DNA of 64,000 bases from a virus: IMG/VR virus record IMGVR_UViG_3300046777_001511, positions 4,602 through 68,601 of that record, one strand, 5' to 3'. Under the pieces are notes generated by a model. It had not been told where the DNA came from, did no database searches, and saw only the letters and a list, made by a program, of their open reading frames with translations. This document shows, piece by piece, positions 9,702-16,479 of the stretch. The position numbers and the translations under genes were made by a program. Each line of letters opens with the position of its first letter. The first letter of the stretch is position 1.

Positions 9702-10211
9702 ATGAAAAAATTAATCACAACAGCTTTATTGTTAGCAAGGCTTACAGTTAGCGCACAAACTCCACTAGAAGAAAGATACGATGTATTTGACAGCATCTCT
9801 AGTGATGGAATTGATTTCATAGCAAAATTCGAGGGAGCATTTGTAAATTCTGAAAACAGAAATGATACAATTGTTGTTTACCCTTACATTTCTTACTATG
9901 AGTTTGAAGGATTTAAAATCGAAGGCATTTGGCTTCATTTTTTGAATAAATTTGAGAAAGTAAAAAATGTTGATTTTATTTTTGAAAAAGAAACAATAGC
10001 TTTACATGCTTGCAAATCTCAGGATCAAACTAAATTTGATAAAAAATATATCATATCAGCAAACAGCAAAGTTAGTCCTGATGCTTTTTTTACTCCTCTA
10101 TATATGATTAACTTTAACGGAAAATCATATATTCCTATCAACAATGGCGATGTGTATTTTATATACATGCTTAATGTAATTGAAAATTTAAAGTCTAACT
10201 GGTTAAAATAA
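9702..10211 (+). CDS. Secreted/periplasmic hypothetical protein
   Basis: Signal peptide MKKLITTALLL...VSA|Q, typical of Bacteroidetes. Confidence 0.6.
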   Translation: MKKLITTALLLARLTVSAQTPLEERYDVFDSISSDGIDFIAKFEGAFVNSENRNDTIVVYPYISYYEFEGFKIEGIWLHFLNKFEKVKNVDFIFEKETIALHACKSQDQTKFDKKYIISANSKVSPDAFFTPLYMINFNGKSYIPINNGDVYFIYMLNVIENLKSNWLK

Positions 10212-10228
10212 TTAAAACAAAAACTATC

Positions 10229-10567
10229 ATGAAAACAGCAATTGAACTACAAGCCATGATTGATGCTTTAAGAATCAATATGGAAACAGAAGAAGGCAGA
10301 AAGATTGAATCTAACATTTGCCCTGAATGGAGCTTTAGATTTATGCCTGACAACAAAATTATCGTAGAATGTAAATATGTTTCTAAACATAAAGACATTA
10401 AGATTTTTTATGGCGACAATGATGAGCCGGGATGGAGAGAAGAAGTTCAGCATAGCGCTATGGCATTTGAATTTGAATCAGAAGATTTAGATACTTTTGT
10501 AGAGGAGGTTAGTAACATATTGTTTGATTTATTATTTATAAATTTAGGTTATGGGGAAATTATTTAG
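10229..10567 (+). CDS. Acidic hypothetical protein
   Basis: ORF preceded by the AAAACTATCA motif. Confidence 0.6.
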   Translation: MKTAIELQAMIDALRINMETEEGRKIESNICPEWSFRFMPDNKIIVECKYVSKHKDIKIFYGDNDEPGWREEVQHSAMAFEFESEDLDTFVEEVSNILFDLLFINLGYGEII

Positions 10568-10673
10568 TTTGTCAAGATCCATTGATTGGTGGACAAAAAA
10601 ATCAGAAAACAGCGTTAGACAATCTTTTAACATAGAATTGTACATGAAGATTATTAAAATGAGAGGCTTATAA
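10551..10673 (+). CDS. Small hypothetical protein (40 aa) ending at the first TAAC junction
   Basis: MGKLFSLSRSIDWW...MRGL*; its TAA stop is the TAA of TAAC 10671-10674. Confidence 0.55.
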   Translation: MGKLFSLSRSIDWWTKKSENSVRQSFNIELYMKIIKMRGL

Positions 10674-10796
10674 CGGTAGGCGGCTAAACGAGGTGGCTGA
10701 TTGACACCTTGAAACTTAATTAAAATAACGAAATTATGAATACAGAAAAAACTTCATTAGAAAAAGAAAGTCAGACATCTTGTTTAGGTGCTGTTA
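10671..10796 (+). repeat. attC-like hairpin J1 (126 bp)
   Basis: TAAC, 5 nt, arm 10680-10702 pairing with arm 10769-10791, T, GTTA. Confidence 0.75.
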
Positions 10797-10975
10797 TAGG
10801 CTGTAAATTTTTTCTCATAATGGCTTTACAAAGAGGCTATAATGCAGATATACCACACAGACTATATTTAACAGAAGAAGATGCAAAAAAAGTCGCAGAT
10901 GAACACAATAGGAATTACGATGTAAAATGGGTTGTAAAAGAGGTGAAGTTCGATGAAAAAATTTATTGCCTATAA
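10736..10975 (+). CDS. Cassette 1 hypothetical protein
   Basis: Starts in the J1 loop; its stop is the TAA of TAAC 10973. Confidence 0.6.
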   Translation: MNTEKTSLEKESQTSCLGAVIGCKFFLIMALQRGYNADIPHRLYLTEEDAKKVADEHNRNYDVKWVVKEVKFDEKIYCL

Positions 10976-11076
10976 CGTTTTGCAGCTTTGAGCCGTTTAA
11001 ACGAATATTAATTTAAAACAATAATTAACGAATATGAATAACAAGGAAATAGAAAATGGCTTCAAAGGTGCTGTTA
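10973..11076 (+). repeat. attC-like hairpin J2 (104 bp)
   Basis: TAAC, 5 nt, GCAGCTTTGAGCCGTTT pairing with AAATGGCTTCAAAGGTGC, T, GTTA. Confidence 0.75.
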
Positions 11077-11246
11077 GCGGTAGTTTGAGGGAACAATCTC
11101 TTGAATGGTTTTTCGCAAAAAGTGAAATTGAGAAACACGATTTAAAAGACAAACACTTTCCAAACACACCAATACAGCATAGTAGGCAATGGGGATTTCA
11201 TTTCACTTTTGGTCAAATTGAGGAAATGTATGTTAAAGAACGGTAG
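11034..11246 (+). CDS. Cassette 2 hypothetical protein
   Basis: Starts in the J2 loop and reads GAVSG across GTTA. Confidence 0.6.
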   Translation: MNNKEIENGFKGAVSGSLREQSLEWFFAKSEIEKHDLKDKHFPNTPIQHSRQWGFHFTFGQIEEMYVKER

Positions 11247-11257
11247 CAAATTACCGC

Positions 11258-11344
11258 TAACGGATGGGTATTTGCGAAGTTGCCCTTGCAGATACTTCAA
11301 ATTAAGCACAAATGTTGATGGGCAATTTTGCAAATACCTTGTTA
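11258..11344 (+). repeat. attC-like hairpin J3 (87 bp)
   Basis: TAAC, 5 nt, GGTATTTGCGAAGTTGCCC pairing with GGGCAATTTTGCAAATACC, TT, GTTA. Confidence 0.8.
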
Positions 11345-11407
11345 CCTGCTGGTGCGGTTAATTAGGACAAAACTTAAATACGGAGAACTAAAAAAACTTT
11401 TATTAAA

Positions 11408-12268
11408 ATGAGCAAAGGAAAAAAAGAAATATTGTTTGGAGATTGTTTGGACTTGATGAAAACCATTAATGATAATAGCATTGATTTGGTTTTTACATCA
11501 CCGCCTTACGCTGAACGCAGAAAAGCAACATACGGAGGCACAAATGAGAATGAATATGTTGATTGGTTTTTACCGATTGGAGCAGAGATAAAACGCATTT
11601 TGAAACCTACTGGCAGTTTCTTTTTAAACATAAAGCCACATACCAACAACGGAGAAAGAAGCCTGTATGTTTATGATTTGATTTGCCAACTGAAAAGAGA
11701 AACGGGCTTTATGTTTGTTGAAGAATATTGTTGGACTAAAAATGCTTTTCCAGGCAGTTTGAAAGGAAGGTTTAAAAATGCGTTTGAGCCGATATACCAC
11801 TTTACAAAAAACTCACCGAATAAAATCACATTTAACCCTGTGGCTTGCGGAACACCGATAAAGGAAGAAAGTATTGCAAGGACTTACAGAAAGCAATGTG
11901 GAGCACCTAAAAACGGAAGCGGAATGACTGGAATGAATACCACTAACATACGGAACTTAGGACTTGCAAGACCTTCAAATGTGATAAATGTGAATAACGT
12001 AAGCAACCAATTTTCAGATAAGCAACTACACCCTGCTACATTTCCCGAAGGATTGGTTGAGTTTTTTGTAAAATCATTTACGAATGAAGGCGATATTGTG
12101 TTGGACCCGTTTGGAGGAAGCGGAACTGTTGCTTTAACGTGTGTAAAAACCAAAAGACAATTTATACTTATGGAAAAACAAGAACAATATTTTGAACTCA
12201 TTAAAAAGCGGGTGGGAGATTTTAATAAAAGTTTTTTAACGGAACTTCCATTTGAAAACGAAATGTAG
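11408..12268 (+). CDS. Beta-class DNA amino-methyltransferase (N4-C/N6-A), cassette 3
   Basis: FTSPPY catalytic motif before HPATFP and the DPFGGSGT SAM motif; SPPY favours m4C. Confidence 0.92.
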   Translation: MSKGKKEILFGDCLDLMKTINDNSIDLVFTSPPYAERRKATYGGTNENEYVDWFLPIGAEIKRILKPTGSFFLNIKPHTNNGERSLYVYDLICQLKRETGFMFVEEYCWTKNAFPGSLKGRFKNAFEPIYHFTKNSPNKITFNPVACGTPIKEESIARTYRKQCGAPKNGSGMTGMNTTNIRNLGLARPSNVINVNNVSNQFSDKQLHPATFPEGLVEFFVKSFTNEGDIVLDPFGGSGTVALTCVKTKRQFILMEKQEQYFELIKKRVGDFNKSFLTELPFENEM

Positions 12269-12330
12269 CACTTGCAGGTAACTTACTTCTTTGCGCTACT
12301 TTATAGCGCCTTATATACATAAATTACATT

Positions 12331-12900
12331 ATGAGCAAAAAACAATCAATATCCGAAGAAACATTATTAAAGATGGGACTTCATCGTAATGCTGATGGTT
12401 CCTACTCAAAAGCTAAAACAACATTGCAACCTCGCGAAAAAGAACAAGTAGTAGTTAAAAATAATGAGTTAAGAAAAATAACTATTACTTTGTTCGGCGA
12501 GCCTATGGCAAAACAATCTGTTAGATCCACAAAGTCAGGACACTTTTTTCAGCCTAAAAAATATGTTGACAAAGAAAAAGATTATAGGAATCAAATAGCT
12601 AAACAGCTACCAAAAGATTTTGTAATGTTTACAGAAGAAGCTAGGATACTTAAATTGCATTTTATTTATCCTCCATTAAAAGCTTTCCATAAAATAAAAG
12701 GACGAATGGAGCAAATAAGAGATGGAATATTGTTTCCAAAAACAACTAAGCCAGATGTATGTGATAACTTAAAAAAATTAGTTTTAGATTCCATGAGTAA
12801 ATTAGTTTATTCTGACGATAGCATAATTTGGGCTGAAGATAATGTTAGGAAATTTTACGGAACAGGAGGATGTACCATAATTGAAATAGAAGGAAAATGA
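12331..12900 (+). CDS. rusA: RusA-family Holliday junction resolvase
   Basis: GEPMAKQSVR, KPDVCDNLKK.VLD, DDS motifs. Confidence 0.85.
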   Translation: MSKKQSISEETLLKMGLHRNADGSYSKAKTTLQPREKEQVVVKNNELRKITITLFGEPMAKQSVRSTKSGHFFQPKKYVDKEKDYRNQIAKQLPKDFVMFTEEARILKLHFIYPPLKAFHKIKGRMEQIRDGILFPKTTKPDVCDNLKKLVLDSMSKLVYSDDSIIWAEDNVRKFYGTGGCTIIEIEGK

Positions 12901-13577
12901 ATAAAGAGTGGTTAGACTTTATAAATGCTGAAATACAAAAAGACTACATGGTTAGTCTTAAATCTTTTATTGATTTCGAAAGACAATCTAATGTAGTTTA
13001 TCCTGCGGCAAACATTACTTTTAATCACATGAATTTTTGTCCATACGATAAACTTAAAGTAGTCATTATAGGAAATGCTCCATTTTGCGAAAACGTCAAC
13101 GATGGTCTTGCTTTTTCTGCCTATGGACACATTCATCCAGAAGATAACAAAAACATCATATACGAGGCTTTTAGGGATTATTTTAAGGCATGGAATAATA
13201 CTAGCGAAATTAAAAACAAACTATACCCTACAGGACAATTAACTGAATGGGCTAAACAAGGAGTTTTACTGATTAATTCAATTTATACTTGCACCGATAA
13301 AGATAGATTTTCTCACAAGAACAAAGGATGGGAAACATTTAACGAAAACCTTATTGAAAAATTAAATGATTATCACTTACCATTAGTATTTATTAATAAG
13401 TGTACTATTAAAGATTATACTAATAAAATTAATCCAAGAAAACATTTAATTATTAATGGCAATGATGCTAATTGGTGCACTAAAGCTAATGAGTTTATTC
13501 GCAATAGGAAAGTACCAATAGACCAACAGCATCATCAGTTAAAGATTAATTGGATGACAAAGCCTTTAAATGTTTAA
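12897..13577 (+). CDS. Uracil-DNA glycosylase family 1 homolog, catalytic motifs degenerate
   Basis: KVVIIGNAPF (vs GQDPY), GLAFS, WAKQGVLLIN, SH..KGWETF; HPSPLS absent. Confidence 0.8.
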   Translation: MNKEWLDFINAEIQKDYMVSLKSFIDFERQSNVVYPAANITFNHMNFCPYDKLKVVIIGNAPFCENVNDGLAFSAYGHIHPEDNKNIIYEAFRDYFKAWNNTSEIKNKLYPTGQLTEWAKQGVLLINSIYTCTDKDRFSHKNKGWETFNENLIEKLNDYHLPLVFINKCTIKDYTNKINPRKHLIINGNDANWCTKANEFIRNRKVPIDQQHHQLKINWMTKPLNV

Positions 13578-13992
13578 GCCCAATTATAACATCTGTGTAA
13601 ATTGCAATCAGCAGCGATTAATCGTTGTCAAGAAGGGATTGTGTAAATTCTGCAATCAATCTAAAAAAGGTAAAACAAAAGTTAAAATAAAACCTAAAAA
13701 GAAATCCGGTGAACTAAATATGTTTAAAGAATTATCTGAAGAAAAACAAAACAATGTTTGTCAATGCTGCAAAACTTTAATCCCTAGTTTATCACCAATT
13801 AATTTCAGTCACGTTCTCAGTAAAGGAGCTTATCCTTGTTATAGACTAGATAAAAGAAACATATTTATTGTTTGTGATAATTGTCATCATCAGTGGGAAT
13901 TTGGAGACAGGAATCAGCCTAAGTTTGCTTTTAAAAGAGACGTGGCTCAAATGCTTAAAGAGGAGTACTATAAAACAAAAAGCGGAAAATAA
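13570..13992 (+). CDS. Zn-finger HNH/NinG-like nuclease
   Basis: CxxC pairs, SH.LSKG, RN...VCDNCH. Confidence 0.7.
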   Translation: MFKPNYNICVNCNQQRLIVVKKGLCKFCNQSKKGKTKVKIKPKKKSGELNMFKELSEEKQNNVCQCCKTLIPSLSPINFSHVLSKGAYPCYRLDKRNIFIVCDNCHHQWEFGDRNQPKFAFKRDVAQMLKEEYYKTKSGK

Positions 13993-14002
13993 ATTCCGCT
14001 TT
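13977..14002. terminator. Bidirectional intrinsic terminator between convergent modules
   Basis: AAGCGGAA-AATAAA-TTCCGCTT flanked by A/T tracts. Confidence 0.7.
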
Positions 14003-14066
14003 AAGTCAATTAACTAATTAAATTAAAATCTACTATGAAAAAACAAAGTACACAAATATAATCATT

Positions 14067-14381
14067 TTAGCACTTCTGCGTAGTAATTAATTTAGATTTT
14101 TCTAACAAAGTTTTCAACTCTGCTTCCGTTAAGCAAGTATAAGGAGTTACAACAACTATTTCTTTTTCTTCATTTATTTCATAATAAGGAAACTGATAGC
14201 ATTGCATGTATTCTATATACTTAGCGGCTAAAACTAATTGACCGTTACAGCATTCGCAAATATCTTCACCGTATTGCTCTTTTGTCAATGTTTCAACTGA
14301 TTTATTAGCTAACCATGATTTAAGAACTAATATAGCATTTACTGTACTTGCTTGCAATTGAGGATTTACGTATTCTGGCAT
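14067..14381 (-). CDS. Cys-rich virion-associated hypothetical protein
   Basis: Last gene of the late operon; DICECC. Confidence 0.6.
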   Translation of the reverse strand: MPEYVNPQLQASTVNAILVLKSWLANKSVETLTKEQYGEDICECCNGQLVLAAKYIEYMQCYQFPYYEINEEKEIVVVTPYTCLTEAELKTLLEKSKLITTQKC

Positions 14382-14391
14382 ATTCTATTTA

Positions 14392-15252
14392 TTAAGGAGT
14401 GTATGTGAATTTTCTTACAGCTCTAACCTCATACCCATCAGATTTTATTAACTGCTGAAATGTTGGATTCCCTAAAGAAGAACTAGGTCCGGTATAAAAT
14501 TGATAAGCTACTGTTCCGTCATCAGCATCGTTATTGCTAGTCCAATAAGAAACCTTATATCCTATTAAATCGTAAGGCGTTGGAGACACGCTTGCTAATC
14601 CGCGATTAACTTCCCATCTGTTATTATAAAGCTTCCACATTTCATCTATTGCAGGCAAATACCAATCAGATTTTCCTCCCGATGTATAGTTAGCGCAATC
14701 ATAAGCTGCTCCACTTGTTGCTCCGGCAGTCATTATGGCGTTAGTATTAGATTCTCCATCCCAATTGCTAGATGCTCCTGTTATGTACGTGCCTTGAAGA
14801 GCAACATTAACCCATTCTGTAACAGAAGAAACATCTTCTAAAGAAACTATCAAATAATTTTGAACTGTTCCGTTTTCAGGAATACCATAAGCCGTAGTAG
14901 ATAACCATCTATGAAATACTACTCCTGCTTCAGCAGATACATATTCGCCTATTTCGTACAAAAATCCTGCACCGCTTGGTCCCGGAGGCCCTTGAGGACC
15001 AATTAAACTTGTAGGGCTTCCCCATCCACTAATCGTTTTTGGACCGTAAATTTCGTCCGTAGCAGTATTGATATAAAAATCACCAATTTCTCCCTGAAAC
15101 AATGGATCAGTAGTTCCGCTTAGTATCGTTCTACCATCTTCACCCGGTTCTCCCGGTTCGCCTTGCTCCCCTTGTATTCCCTGAATCCCTTGAGGTCCTT
15201 GAGGCCCAATGTCTCCTTTTTGGATTATTGTGTTACAATTACAATTTGACAT
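14392..15252 (-). CDS. Collagen-like fibre with C-terminal DUF1566/Lcl (CLec-like) domain
   Basis: Gly-X-Y repeats; DWYLP..DE, YWTS, VRAVR. Confidence 0.8.
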   Translation of the reverse strand: MSNCNCNTIIQKGDIGPQGPQGIQGIQGEQGEPGEPGEDGRTILSGTTDPLFQGEIGDFYINTATDEIYGPKTISGWGSPTSLIGPQGPPGPSGAGFLYEIGEYVSAEAGVVFHRWLSTTAYGIPENGTVQNYLIVSLEDVSSVTEWVNVALQGTYITGASSNWDGESNTNAIMTAGATSGAAYDCANYTSGGKSDWYLPAIDEMWKLYNNRWEVNRGLASVSPTPYDLIGYKVSYWTSNNDADDGTVAYQFYTGPSSSLGNPTFQQLIKSDGYEVRAVRKFTYTP

Positions 15253-15262
15253 ATTCTATTTA

Positions 15263-15793
15263 TTAAGATATTCTTATTATACTTAAATCGCCTCTAAGAA
15301 TCATGGTAGAACTAGAGTTTCCGGGATTTGCATTTCTTTCATATTTCATCTTCACAACATCACCAGCAATTAAATCTTCTATCGTAAATATATCTACGCT
15401 TTGCCAAAATTCTTGACTTACATAAGTGTTGTAATTAAAACTTAGTAATTTTGCTCTCAATACAGTAGAAGGATTTTTAACCAAATTAACATATATGCTT
15501 CCAGCCACATCTGTATTTGCTGTAATTCTTAAATTACCAGAATAACAAATAATATATTTTCCTGTGTCTGCAACAGTAATAGTTAATTCGGTATCATTAT
15601 ATATTGGACTTTCAGCCGTTATTAATGGTGTATAAAGAGCATTTCTTTCTATATAATTTGTTTCAGTATAATTTGCTCCCGGCTCACCTTGTTCGCCCTG
15701 AGGTCCTTGAACGCCTTGTGGACCTTGTGGGCCTACATCTCCTTTTTGAATTACTGTGCTACAGTTACAGCTACATCCGCAATTACAACTCAT
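15263..15793 (-). CDS. Collagen-like fibre with C1q/BclA-like C-terminal domain
   Basis: Cys-rich N-terminus, Gly-X-Y repeats, beta-rich C-terminus. Confidence 0.7.
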   Translation of the reverse strand: MSCNCGCSCNCSTVIQKGDVGPQGPQGVQGPQGEQGEPGANYTETNYIERNALYTPLITAESPIYNDTELTITVADTGKYIICYSGNLRITANTDVAGSIYVNLVKNPSTVLRAKLLSFNYNTYVSQEFWQSVDIFTIEDLIAGDVVKMKYERNANPGNSSSTMILRGDLSIIRIS

Positions 15794-15809
15794 TTTTGTA
15801 TTTTTTTAA

Positions 15810-16463
15810 TTAACATGATTTACAATTTCCTTTGCAAATTTCATTTGCTTTATCTATATTTTTTTGAGCCTTTTCCATGTAGCCCATGTTTGCTGAATAA
15901 ATAGCAGACTTCAAATAAGCATCAGCTAATTGAGCAGTTCTAAAGTATCCATCGTCACATCCACAATCAGGAAGGTTTATGAATAATTTTTGTATGCAAC
16001 AACAAGCTCCACAAGTAGTTAATTGATAACTATTAGTGGTATAAATATTTTCTGATTCATCAACAATTGTATAATTTATTGTCCATGCCCCATCTATTAT
16101 CGAAGTGTTATCTTCATAATCCAAATAAGTTTCTTTTATTTCAAACTCGTTACCTACTGAAAAAGGAAACGATAAACTTGATACGTCCGATAAAATATCT
16201 ACAACAGTTCCGTCTGGCTTAGTTAAAGTAGCCAATGTATAATTGTATGGGAAAAATTTGTCCCACTCAAAATAAAATACATAAGGAATTGTTGAGTTTG
16301 GAGGGTAAACTTTAATGGTGCAATTTGCAACATCTGTTGTATTTATGTTTGGACCACCATAGCCTCCGGGATTATCAACTGAATAATCTCCTGTGCTGTC
16401 TATAAAGCTAAATCCATAACATCCATCTAGTACTGTTACGGTTGATTTTAATTCTAATGCCAT
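15810..16463 (-). CDS. Virion structural protein with Cys-rich C-terminus
   Basis: D.TG.Y...NPGGYG N-terminus; CGACCC...CKGNCKSC. Confidence 0.55.
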   Translation of the reverse strand: MALELKSTVTVLDGCYGFSFIDSTGDYSVDNPGGYGGPNINTTDVANCTIKVYPPNSTIPYVFYFEWDKFFPYNYTLATLTKPDGTVVDILSDVSSLSFPFSVGNEFEIKETYLDYEDNTSIIDGAWTINYTIVDESENIYTTNSYQLTTCGACCCIQKLFINLPDCGCDDGYFRTAQLADAYLKSAIYSANMGYMEKAQKNIDKANEICKGNCKSC

Positions 16464-16479
16464 GTTTCAAATTTAATAA

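Larger units (their letters stand above)
10671..12282 (+). mobile_element. Integron-like gene cassette array (3 cassettes, no recombinase in window)
   Basis: Three TAAC...GTTA hairpins alternate with cassettes bounded by GTTA...TAAC inverted repeats. Confidence 0.7.

Noticed and set aside
10671-11344. Junction hairpins as intrinsic terminators or CRISPR repeats
   Set aside because: They have long loops containing start codons, no U-tracts, and non-identical repeat sequences.
14392-14800. DGR target (DUF1566 CLec-like C-terminus)
   Set aside because: No reverse transcriptase and no adenine-variant template repeat were seen in the window; either could lie outside it.
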